Positions 1 through 11,016 of a stretch of DNA of 64,000 bases are shown in pieces. The stretch is from the NCBI GenBank assembly GCA_040954595.2, contig CM082585.2, positions 1,704,902 to 1,768,901 of the forward strand. The letters run 5' to 3'. A model generated the notes under the pieces. It was not told the DNA's origin and made no database searches. It saw only the letters and a program-made list of their open reading frames with translations. The DNA comes from Balanoglossus misakiensis. Its lineage: Eukaryota; Animalia; Hemichordata. Numbering within the stretch: the stretch's first letter is position 1; every line of letters starts with the position of its first letter. The translations under genes were made by a program, and so were the position numbers.

Positions 1-175
1 AAAAATAGCCAACAGCTACTACAGCTAACTTAGCAAAAATGTCGACAAAATTTTACAGTGACACTGGCGTACTCTGCCACTGATATGAGGATATAAGAAA
101 GGGAACTGGAATATTTTTTCCTCTGTATAATCAAATTAACAGTAAATGACTGCCATGGCAACATAACAGATGTTA

Positions 176-508
176 CAGTCAAACCCGTGTTAGGTGCCAC
201 CTCTATATAGTGGCTACTCTGTTACAGTCCATATACATTGTGTTAGGTATTGGTATTTACTGTTATGTATAAATTTGCAGTGTACGAGGCTGAACGAGTG
301 AGCATGTGCAGTTGGCAATAAAAAAACAGCATGGCTGTCTAGTTTGTACACACATGTCCTGTGTCGTCTAATCACTCTGGTATAAGCCCACAATAATATA
401 GCAATATATTACACATTGCACATTAAATGACCTGACTGTAGAGGCCACCTTTCTATAAAGGCCAGTTAGGAAAGTCCCCTGTCTGGCCAGTATAGACAGG
501 TTTGACTG
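176..508. mobile_element. Tc1/mariner(pogo/Tigger)-type MITE
   Basis: TA|CAGTCAAACCCGTG... at 176 and ...AGACAGGTTTGACTG|TA at 508: imperfect terminal inverted repeats with TA on both sides; no coding capacity. Confidence 0.75.
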
Positions 509-515
509 TACCTAC

Positions 516-699
516 CTCTTTGTGGCTGTGAATCTGTACCTGGCCATCTCTCCTGTGGCTGTGAGTTGATAGAATTCACAGCAGCAATTGGTGGCATCTT
601 ACTGAACTGACTAGCATTTGCCATTTGCATGACACCCTCTGTGGCTTTCAGTGCAGCAGCTGGTGCCTGCTGGGAAGTCATCTTTGGAGGTGAAGTTGC
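516..699 (-). pseudogene. Exon of a Gln/Pro/Ser-rich protein gene (ATSPPKMTSQQAPAAALK...TDSQPQR)
   Basis: Minus-strand acceptor ttttggacag| at 700 and donor AG|gtaggt at 515; open 184-nt frame; same low-complexity composition as the upstream exon. Confidence 0.6.
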
Positions 700-1125
700 C
701 TGTCCAAAAAGATTAACAAACCTAGTTAATATGGAGCATTATCAAGGCCAGTATTCAAAACCCCATTTTTAATTCATGACTGCAATTTTTGATTCGATGT
801 TGAGCTTGCAACTCTCAAAGTCCTATTTTCAACACACATTTGGATGGGATTGAGTTTTAGGGCTTATCAACATTAATCACATTAAAAATTGAATTTGATT
901 ACTGAGTCTGTGGCATTATCCAAAAAAGTCTTAGCATTTACAGAGTGGGTTTCTAGCAACCAAAACAGAAGTTTTGAATTTGTTTTGAAACAATAGTCAA
1001 CTGTAAAGATAATGGTTAGACAAGGCTATGTGAAACAGTCATAAAAAGCTTTCAATTCACAGGATGGGTAACTAGAAACGGCTATTTTATTATATAATAA
1101 AGTAGAAGGTAGACCACAACTGTAC

Positions 1126-1387
1126 CTGGGTGATGAAAATTGTCTCAATGGGATAAATGAAACAGTCACATTTGGTTGTTGTGTCCTGTTTGCTGTGACA
1201 GCGGATACTGGTTGGTTGGGTAAACTGGTAGGCTGACCAAAAGGCATTGATGACCTTTGACCTTGGCCCTGCATCTGGGGCTGACTTGGTTGAGTCAATT
1301 ACTGTTGAGAGGATGACAGTTGTTGTGGAGACTGACTTCCAATTTGACTTGGTTGTCCAAGTGACAGATGACTTGTTGGTGCGGCAC
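1126..1387 (-). pseudogene. Exon of the same Gln/Pro/Ser-rich gene with an in-frame TAA
   Basis: Acceptor ttttactacag| at 1388 and donor CCCAG|gtacag at 1125; reads AAPTSHLSLGQPSQIGSQSPQQLSSSQQ*LTQPSQPQMQ...; stop at 1299-1301. Confidence 0.55.
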
Positions 1388-1422
1388 CTGTAGTAAAAAT
1401 ATTTAGTTGATTTATTTATATA

Positions 1423-1612
1423 CTGTAAAACGGGAAATTTCTGTGACAGGAAATGTTTGCAATATCAATAGAGACAACTGTTATGCTACACTTAAATTTT
1501 GCTTTCTTATATTTCACTAACTGCACCAATATCCCTGAAAAACATTTTTACGTGACTTTTAATTTGCATTTTTTGGTTCTCGCGAAGTTCACAATAATTT
1601 CCTGTTTGACAG
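1423..1612. mobile_element. TA-flanked MITE (Tc1/mariner-like)
   Basis: TA|CTGTAAAACGGGAAATT ... AATTTCCTGTTTGACAG|TA imperfect TIRs. Confidence 0.7.
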
Positions 1613-1716
1613 TAATTCATCTATTGCAAACAAAGAAAATATGTCTACCTAGGATAGAATGACTGGAACAGGTGCAGATCACTAGTATACAAAGCCAGTT
1701 CCTCCAAAACAATGAG

Positions 1717-1850
1717 AGGTAAAGTGCTGCGCTCAAGGGCACAATATCGCGGTCATGAAGTCACCATCCTCAAAACCCACGGCCATGTCCAGGTCTGGTT
1801 CTTGAACCCACAACCCTGTGCCCTCACCACAAGGCCATGATGTCTCCTCA
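1717..1850 (+). mobile_element. Degenerate CORE-SINE/MIR-like retroposon fragment
   Basis: GAGGTAAAGTGCTGCGCTCAAGGGCACA resembles the MIR/CORE motif GTTAAGTGACTTGCCCAAGGTCACA and is followed by a CTTGAACCC-type tail; boundaries approximate. Confidence 0.4.
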
Positions 1851-2869
1851 AACTCTCCTCAAAAGTCTCCTGCTTTAGTCTAATCATTGTTAGAAATACT
1901 TTCTGCTTTGACCTTTTACATGAAGGATTTGATGCATACACACAGGCCAGTTGACAAGGAAAGCCTCTCAACATTGGTAAAACTGCATAATAATGATACA
2001 TTGTAATTGAATATATTTGTGAACAAAAACAATCATGGCCTTTACACTATTAGCTACAACATCTAACCCTCAAACCAATCTGATGAAAATATTTTTTGAC
2101 CCAAAAATGGAGTAGAACAATTTGCATCTTTTATAGAACAGAAAAACAACAGTTCATAAAAACAATGAAAGTGTCCTTTTGATATCCTATGGCAAAATCT
2201 TTTCTTGGTCCCATCAAAGTTATAACTGCCTTTTTTATTTGAAAATTTGACAAAAAAGCCAGAGCGAATAATAATATGTGATGTGTAATAAATATTAATA
2301 AATATATTACTACCATTTTATGGAAGTACCCATTTAGAGTAATGAAAACTTTAACAAACCACAAAAAAGGTTTTGTACATCACCACAATAGGATGAATTG
2401 GTTGTAAATGGCCATGTAAACATGTTGTATATTTGTCCTGTGAACTTTAGAATCTGGATTGTATGATTTCAAATATTTGCTCAGCAACAGATACCCAAGC
2501 CGTCACGCAGTTACACCCATTGGAAAATGGTATCACCCACACCAAGGTGGATGGAAGTTGGTCCTGGCGCTTTTTTTCCCATGATTCAAATTACAGTTAA
2601 GGCCATATTATAAATTCTGCCAACTTTCCCTCGATTTTGTAAAATACCTGACGACTTATACTTGACGAATATGTTTTTTTTTCTGAAAGAGTGACCTCAA
2701 AGCTACCAAATTATGTAGAAAATCAGCTGGACCGGATTTCCCCTTTGAAAACAGTAAAACACAGGTGCAAGCTTTCTTTTATTATGGGTATGGCAGAGAA
2801 AGCTTTTGACTGCTGTCAAAATTCTCTGGCAAACACAGAAGGATTATGAAACTGAAAATGTTGATAATA

Positions 2870-3395
2870 CAGTGAAACCTGTCAATACAGACATCTCTCT
2901 AATCAGGACAGATTGTTCAAGACAAAAGTAATGGCTTGAATAGAATATTACATGCACATTTCTTTTAAGGACACCTCTCTTTTAAAGGGACAAAGTCTCT
3001 CTCTCGCTGCCCTTTTTTCCATTAATAATGTTTGATACAAGACACTGTTTATGTTAATGTACATGTGTATATGTAGTGAATGAACATTCAACCATACACA
3101 ACTTCCATCCCGCGTGTATGATATGGGAGTAAAAACTCACCCAAAACGAATAAATGGTAGAGACTGATTATTCATTTTGGCGATTTTTTTCACTCTCATG
3201 TCCACAAGCAGGATGGACTTTGTGTGTGGTTGAATATTGATTCACCATATATCCACATGTAGAAAAAACATAAATGGTGTCTTGTATCAAATATAATTAA
3301 TGGAATAAGGGGCAGCGAGCGAGAGAGAGAGCCTGTATCCCTTAAAGGACATGTTGTGTGATCCCAGAGGTGCCCTTACTTGGCAGGTTTCAATG
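2870..3395. mobile_element. pogo/Tigger-type MITE (related to 176-508), interrupted by a foldback element
   Basis: TA|CAGTGAAACCTGTCAA ... TTGGCAGGTTTCAATG|TA. Confidence 0.7.
2986..3342. mobile_element. TTAA-flanked palindromic MITE (Kolobok-like), nested in the 2870-3395 element
   Basis: TTAA|AGGGACA...TGTATCCC|TTAA; the two halves are imperfect reverse complements (e.g. TTTGATACAAGACAC vs GTGTCTTGTATCAAA; CTCTCTCTCGCTGCCC vs GGGCAGCGAGCGAGAGAGAG). Confidence 0.7.
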
Positions 3396-3806
3396 TACTT
3401 CGCACATCAGTTGTACTCCACTGTCGGTATCGAATCATTTCCTGGTTGACATGGTGAGCTTTACATAAACAGATAAACCACCTCAAAAAGTGGGGCCCAT
3501 AATTAGAGAATGGTTTTTAACCTCACAATTTTACCATAATTACCTTGAAAATCGCAAAGTCTTCATATCGTCAAATAACTGCAATGCAGTACTCAGACCT
3601 TCAGAAATCATACCGTATTTCTCACCTGCTCCTGACAAAAATCTGAAATACAACACAGTACAATTATTTAACAAAAGGTGTATGTAAACAATGTCTACTC
3701 TGATTGTAGACAGATTTGATTAAACATTTTATGAAACATTTAAAGGTAGGAACCTCTAATAAAAGCCAGTGAGTCAAAGGACAAAACTGAGACTTTGTCC
3801 CTTTAA

Positions 3807-3891
3807 CCCTTTCACCCCCAGTTCCTTCTATACAGGTCGAACCTTTTCATAGATAACAATGGGTTTAGACTGAACCTTGGTTGTGAAAGGG
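3807..3891. mobile_element. 85-bp piggyBac-like MITE
   Basis: TTAA|CCCTTTCAC ... GTGAAAGGG|TTAA: CCC/GGG termini with TTAA duplication. Confidence 0.8.
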
Positions 3892-4879
3892 TTAATGGGC
3901 TTCAATAATGAGTTTTCTTTAAAATAAGAGGGTGTTACTTAAGGGTTATTACACTAAGTTTGGTCGATAACGCGTCATATTTGTGTGATAGTATGCCAAA
4001 CTTGCATGGTATGTACAGCGTGATTACTGCACACAAACATCCCTCTGCAATACACAAACACCATCCAACTTAAAATCAAATGCCTAACAAGTAGCTATTT
4101 GATATTTTGTGAATCGGTTTTATTCTATTCATATTATATTATTTTATATGTGATGTTGATTAACTTGCATTTTTGTCAGAATAGAGTGGTATACATACAA
4201 GGTCTTTCTAATGTCAGGTGTCTATAAAAAGATAAGCCTGTTGCATCATTGTATAAGTGGTATAAGTCCATGGTGCCAGTAAGAATTGGGGTAGGTCTTG
4301 TAATTGGAACAGTGCATGGGGGGGGGGCTGTTATGTGCACAGTATATGTTGTTGCAGACATTTGAATGAAATATGAAATAGCAAGAAATAGTGGGTGCAT
4401 TTGTGCGACTCAATTTGTTACTATTATTTTGCAGAAGCTGAGAAAACACGCCAGTGCTGTGTACACACCTGTGCATCAAAAGGCTTCTCTGAGGATAGTC
4501 ATTACACGCCCAAACGAGGGTAAATCATTCCCAGGGCAAACTATGTAAGTGTCAGTTCTTCATGTAAGCACGCCATCGCTCACACTTCTGCATCCCCCCA
4601 GTCCACGTCAGTATATACATGCATAATACACCCCTTCTCTTTAGTACCTCATGTTATCCCATGCTTGCATTTTAATACACAGTTTAATTATGTAAATTTG
4701 TTGCTTTTAACAGGGAAACATTTTTTTTTCTCAATGAATTTGTTGACATAGGTCATGTTTATTCTGAATGCAATCATTTAGCCTTCTCTTTGTAAGTAAG
4801 TGGGGATTGAATTTTGTGAGTACTAAATGACTTTCACACCAATGTAATAATTATTGGTACTCTTTTTAATTTCAATCAG

Positions 4880-5620
4880 GTGATTCTAGACGAGGGCGAG
4901 CCTCTGCCACTGCAATATGAACGGCTTTCCAACTCCAACGTAGCGATTCCATCTGCCTGGTTGAGCATAACTTTAGGTAGATGCAAGAACAAGCCGCCAT
5001 CTTACGTCATAAAAAAGCTGATGGATGGGTTGTTTAAAACCCGAACAACTGAGCGGGAAGAATACCAGCGCATTTATTGGAACACCCTACCAGCATGTTG
5101 TAACGGCACTGACTTGTAAGTAAAAGGTTTCTTTAAAATGTCGAAATGATTGTATTCTATGATAATGACATTTTTTGCATGTCCCTGGAGTGAAATTCTT
5201 TGATTGGCTATCCCATATTCACTGGATTCAAAATAAATATCATTATAAAGGTGCATCTCATCCTTATACATTTCATTTTATTTGTTCTGACCATCTACTA
5301 CAAATACACTCGATGAAATTTATCAGTTAGGTCAACAGTTTTTGTACCTGAATGATATTAAGTTTTTTTCCTGAATTTTAGTTGAATTGTGTGACTTCCG
5401 GTTGGTGGAAATTACTCGTATTGGGCAACTGCATATGTAACAATTATGCTTGGCAATCTTCTCCTTATTACTGCATGGTGTAACTGATATGTGTTTATTC
5501 TTCTCTTTTTCAGTATTTGGTGTCAACAAACTGAAGATGTCAACAAAAGAGCTGATCCATGCATTCAACGCGAAATGCGCCACATGCAAACGGGCTGTCT
5601 TAAATAAAAACAGAGTGTAG
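4880..5620 (+). pseudogene. Spliced BEN-domain-like gene fragment (exons 4880-5115 and 5514-5620; possible further exon 4435-4544)
   Basis: Canonical AG/GT sites. Removing one A from 5036-5039 gives ...SYVIKKLMDGLFKPEQLSGKNTSAF...VVTALT-LFGVNKLKMSTKELIHAFNAKCATCKRAV..*, with exon phases matching. The KLMDGLF-x-PEQL and AFNAKC motifs resemble BEN domains. Confidence 0.6.
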
Positions 5621-5850
5621 TAGAGTAGGAAGTTTGTAGTGTAGTTTTTTATATTGGAAAAAAATTGTAGAGTAGCAAGTTTGTAGTGTAGTTTTTTTTA
5701 TATTGAAAAAAAATTAGAGTAGCAAGTTGTTTGTAGTGTAGTTTTTTATATTGGAAAAACATTTTTTGCAGAGGAGCAAGTTGTGGTGTTTATATTTGTA
5801 GTGTAGCTTTTTTATTTTTTGAAAACCAATTTTTGTAGTGTGTAGTTTTA
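5621..5850. repeat. Minisatellite, about 47-bp unit, 4-5 decaying copies
   Basis: Repeats of AGAGTAGCAAGTTTGTAGTGTAGTTTTTTATATTGGAAAAAA directly after the BEN-like stop codon. Confidence 0.8.
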
Positions 5851-5977
5851 CCATGTTGATTTTTTAGATTTCTTAACCCTGTGATTAAAATAGATTTTTT
5901 TTTAAATAAAAACTGTTAATTATAGTTTGCTTGTCTCTGAGGTTTTATGGGGGGTGGGGGTGGGTGGTTCAATGGTA

Positions 5978-6258
5978 CCCCTAGTTAATTGTCTTGCTGC
6001 AAACTCACTGCAATGTTCAAATTTTCAAGGTGGCAATCTTGATTGCTGTGAACTCACTGCAGTATTCAAATTCCTGTGAACTCACTGCAGTATTCAAAAT
6101 CTTGTTGCTGGAAGTTTGCAACAAATTTGCAAGTCCCCTAATTTGCATGGTAAAATCAGGACTGTTTGCCACTTTGCAGCAGCAGTTTGCAGTGAGTTCG
6201 CAGAATCCTGCTGCAGATTTGCGGGAGGAGTTTGCAGCAGGCCCTTTTTTCGTAAGGG
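5978..6258. mobile_element. CCC...GGG MITE with subterminal repeats (CMC/EnSpm-like), nested
   Basis: TGCTGCAAACTC near the left end and GAGTTTGCAGCA near the right end; internal AACTCACTGCA repeats in both orientations; no clear TSD. Confidence 0.5.
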
Positions 6259-6580
6259 ATGTCCATATTATGGACATCACGAGGATGCGTCACGTTATCG
6301 ACCAAACTTAGTGTAATAACCCCTTTATCATACATGAACAGTAGCCCATAGCCAAGTGTGACAGGGCGATGCGATCAGGTGATCAACGTATAGGCCGTAG
6401 TATCATTCTAAGAGGGTTGGCAGCTTTCATTATGATGGGCACATGTGATTCAGGTCCCTCCCATCTACCTTAGCTGAGCTTGGGATCGCTTCGCCAAAGT
6501 TTATATGACAAGGGTGTTAGCCCATTCCTATCACAATAGGCTAGCTATATCGTTTATATGCCTTAATGAATTAATTAATA

Positions 6581-6642
6581 TGACTGACTGACGGACTGAC
6601 TGACTGACTAACTGACTGACTCACTGAATGAATGAATGAAAG

Positions 6643-6676
<34 letters not shown>
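6581..6676. repeat. Compound tetranucleotide microsatellite (TGAC)n-(TGAA)n-(TCAA)n
   Basis: Read directly from the sequence. Confidence 0.95.
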
Positions 6677-6677
<1 letters not shown>

Positions 6678-7877
6678 TACCCAGACATGGCATGGAGGGA
6701 TTCACCTCCTGTTGAGATGTTCGCACCCCCTAGCAAATTGTCACAGGTGGGGTGGTCAGTGGCCCTTAAAATGATGTCACTCACATGATAGAGATATTAA
6801 TTACATAACTCCTTTCCAGAGTGTGCTCTATTTATAGTCTGCACTATATACAGGTAAATGTGTAATGATATTTCAATAACTTTTGGAATCACAGGTCAGT
6901 AGAAAGGTTGATTGAACAAAAGGTTTTGAAATTCGTTCACCTTGTATTGGAACAGCTCTTACAGACATCACAACATCATTCAACGCTAAATCTTCGTAAC
7001 TTTTACATACTGTTAATATAAATATAATTATTTTTCTTTAAATTCATCCAAATATTACAATGTTTCTAGCAATTTCATAGCTGTATTATAGTTATTAAGA
7101 TAATACTGTGTGTATGATATATACTTTGTGGATAGGATACAGATCTTTGCTTATTACCAAGAATATAACACCATGTGTTTGGATTTTAAATGCAGTTCGG
7201 AGCTGACTGTGTTGCATTTTGACTGCAAAATTAAAATATTTAGTTACATTTCCTTGCATTTAGTGTTGAAAATGTCACTTTCAGCTTTAAAATGAGCACT
7301 GATATCTATGGAACTAGAAGAATTGTGCTTTCTATTCTACAACATACAACATTTACATTTAATCAAACAACAGGATGATATTTGACAGTCAATCAATAAA
7401 TATAACATACGTGTGAGTTGCATGTACAAAACTAGACAGATGTATGTATGTGATATTTAAAGGGACATTAACTGTTACACATGCTCTACACAGAACTCCA
7501 CTTGTCAGCATAACCTGTATGTGTGTAACGGCTATTGAAATGAATTCTAGTCCAGACTTGAATTCAAATTCACAATAACAATACTGAACAGACACACCTA
7601 TATTTCATCATGATTCAGGGATCTGAAGAAGACACTGCAGTAAATACTTAAAACAAAAATACTGAAAACAAAGTGAAAAGTTACAGCTAATGAAGCTTTA
7701 ACTATGTTCAGAAACAAGTAGAACAGGCAATCAAAACACATTATAAACATTGAGAAAAACACCCAAAGTTACATGTACTACCGGTATCTATGAGGGCCCG
7801 TTCTGGTCAAAATTGTAGTTTATTAATAAAACATGTTAGAATTAATTTTACCAGTATATAGAATTATTTTTTATGTG

Positions 7878-9395
7878 CTTTAATTATTTTTTTGTAGTCA
7901 TGCAGAATTAATTTTATGTGTTCTAAATAATTATTTTAGCTTATCTTTGTTAGAAATAATTCTGCCAACATCTCGAATTATTTTTATGTGTAGACTCGAA
8001 TTAATTTCACGTGTTGTGTCGAATTAATTTCACGTTGTCAAATAATATTGCCCTTACAATCCTTTGCGCGTAAATCAAGATGGCGGCGGCTGAGCATGTC
8101 TTTCTCGCCGCATAAAGTTAAAAAAGGGGCCGTTGTACAAGTTGTGAAACGTTTTGGGGCGATTTGCTGTCCAATATAAATGCAGTGTGCTCGAAAACGG
8201 CGATCGGTCCACGAGTTTTGGTCTACAGACAGAATTTTCTAGTCAAACCACTCAAAACCACTACCAGTTGGTGTAATCGCCAGCCTTGCTATGGTATAGC
8301 CCAGCTCTGCGTACAGTGTTCTTGGCGTGGAGGCCGTGTCATGGCGGGAACACACAGACCTGTACACAGAGCAAGCTGTTGCCCCGCGTTGCCAATTCGC
8401 CTTGATTGAATAAATTTTGACATCTGAACATACAAAAATTGTGTTAATTTGTTATTTTCAGAACTAAGAAATAGCTGTAGGGCCCAGATCCCAGGAAACG
8501 GCGAATAAAATATTCCTTAAAATTTCCTTGTAAACTCAAGTTTTGTTTAAATAAATTTAAATTAAAAAGACAAAGTCTCTCTCTACATAACCATATTTAA
8601 TGATAGCTTGCATTCTAGATTTACAACTGATAAGATAGGGTGTGGGGCATAGATAGTAAAGGGGCAGACCCCGAAGTCTTCACCTCCTCTGTAGGCTGCA
8701 TTCACAAACACCATTGGAGGGTGGGGGGGGGGGGGGGGGTGGGCGAGAGAATTAAAAAATTTTACCGCTAATTTTCACATGCCCCCCCCCTCCCCCCGAC
8801 ACAACCCGAAATATTTACAAATCCCCCTTCCGAACTGCCAAAATTTTAAACACCCTCCCCCTCCATTTTCTTTCACAGAGCAAAACACATCACCTATCTA
8901 TCTTGTAAAAGATGATATTAATTCGACACTACACCTGTAATTAATTCAAGTCTACACGTAAAAAGAATTCGATATGTTGGCAAAATTATTTCTAACAAAG
9001 ATAAGCTAAAATAATTATTTAGAACACATAAAATTAATTCTGCATGACTACAAAAAATAATTAAAAACATTGAATTCCCCCCAAAACGTCTCACAACTTG
9101 TACAACGGCCCCTTTTTCGAACTTTATGCGGCGAGAAAGACATGCTCAGCCGCCGCCATCTTGATTTAAGCGCAAAGGATTGTGGGGGCAATATTAATTT
9201 GACACAATGTAAAATTAATTCGACACAACACGTGAAATTAATTCGACAAAACACGTGATATTAATTCGACACTACACCTGAAATTAATTCGAGTCTACAC
9301 GTAAAAATAATTCGAGATGTTGGCAAAATTATTTCCAACAAAGATAAGCTAAAATAATTATTTAGAACACATAAAATTAATTCTGCATGACTACA
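7878..9395. repeat. Foldback-like structure with long inverted arms built of GAATTAATT subrepeats
   Basis: 7893-8160 is the reverse complement of about 9079-9395 (extra subrepeat copies on the right); about 8940-9070 is a further inverted copy of about 7878-8010. Confidence 0.85.
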
Positions 9396-10675
9396 TGTCG
9401 GTCTCTGGCCCATGGACTATAACCAAACAATGATAGTCCCAAATAAAGCCAAGCCATCAACTCCAATTTTGGTTTATTGGTGATGTTTTCTGCGATCATG
9501 CTGGATGCAATGCGGATATAATAAAACTACTCTGTGAAAAATATGTTTGTTTACAAATTTGTTCACCTTTGTGGGTATATTGAACAGAAAGGGTTACTCC
9601 CCTTAACCTCTCAACAAACAAACAATCTTGACAATATTTGTAAACATACATATTTTTGTCACACATTTTTATATTAAACAAACACACACACACACTGCAA
9701 AGCAGGAGGAAGAGCTCCCTGTGGTCTTCCCACAAACGTTGGAATCACACTGCAGTGGTCGCCTGATTCAACCAGTAAAGGTCACATGAGGTCATCAATT
9801 GTTGTCGGTTTTCTGGTTGAATATTCTCTGAAAGCACGCCTTAACATTGATATTTTGCAATTGGTGTCAATAGTCATGAACTTTAAATAATGGAGCATCA
9901 CTCGGCCCCAGTTACTAAGTTGCGATAGGGCGAAATCAACAGCGGAAACTGATTGTCGATCGTCCATGTCTCAAGCTTACCTTGTTTACGGACTGAATCA
10001 GGGGACTACAGTAACGTTATCGCGATGAATGTGATTCTACCCACACATTAAGTCGTGAAAACTATCAGTGATATCTTAAAACACACTAAATACTGTAATG
10101 TTTCAATACTCACTCCGCCAAATCTGTATATAGGAATAATGATGGTGGACAGTGTGGGGGGCCTGAACCCATGACTTGCAGAAAACAGCTGGTACTTGCT
10201 CGCTCCTTGGCTTTGCATGTTTTCCGCTATTCTTTCAGAGAAATATGACACCGTCCTGGATGTGTAACAAACACTGGCCAACTAACGTCCATAGAAAAGG
10301 CGACATTGGAGTTGACGACAGAAAAAACTGGCAGATTCTCTAGCCTGCGTGTCACACATGTGTTTACAACGAAGACACAGAACTGGTCAAAGGAAACGGG
10401 TCGAAGGTCAGCAACAGCGCCCTCTTGGGGTATATTCTGCGGAACTTTTGAAAGTTCCCGATCTCGTATCCTAAGGACGCCAGCAGAATTTCCTGCGGCA
10501 TTTTAATTCTCATTCAAATATGAAAGAAACAAAACTAACCCGGTGTGAATTAGTTGGTTTAAAGGGGAGTTGGGGCAGGGTCTTCTTTCGGTAGTTTTGA
10601 CCCCCAATAAAGCCTATTTACGGAGAGGATCTCTTATTCTTCAAATTTATTAATGGAAGTCGCGTATATGGGTAA

Positions 10676-10920
10676 GGGACCATTCAGTTTTTACGGCCGG
10701 GTGGGGCGGCAAAATCCAGGGGGGGGGGGTCACTTAAATTTTGAAGTCCGAAAGTGGGGGTAATCTTTTTTTTTTAAACGTTTAGGGGGTCACATACTTT
10801 TGCCGCAAAACTTTTGCTTTGAGTCCACAAAATTGCAGTTTCGCGCCCTTAATTTTACAAGATTTTCTAATATGGGAGGGGGACACCCCATCCCACACCC
10901 ACCCCTCCATTCTTCGCTAC
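10676..10920 (+). mobile_element. Truncated Harbinger-like MITE end
   Basis: TAA|GGGACCATTCAGTTTTTACGGCC start followed by G-runs; no partner TIR seen; right boundary approximate. Confidence 0.35.
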
Positions 10921-11016
10921 ATTTCATTTATTGCCTGGTTTGTCTAGTGTACAAGGGCAGACTACTTGCCACACCACCACACCGATGCTTACTTTGAGTG
11001 GAGTGGCAAAAGTAAA

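Larger units (their letters stand above)
3942..6324. mobile_element. Non-autonomous PIF/Harbinger-like TIR transposon
   Basis: Perfect 30-bp TIRs GGGTTATTACACTAAGTTTGGTCGATAACG (3943-3972) and its reverse complement (6293-6322); TTA flanks at 3939-3941 and 6325-6327, matching the Harbinger TWA target duplication. Confidence 0.75.

Noticed and set aside
5994-6316. Overlapping ORFs of 66-105 aa
   Set aside because: They lie in the subrepeats of a MITE and the TIR; no protein features.
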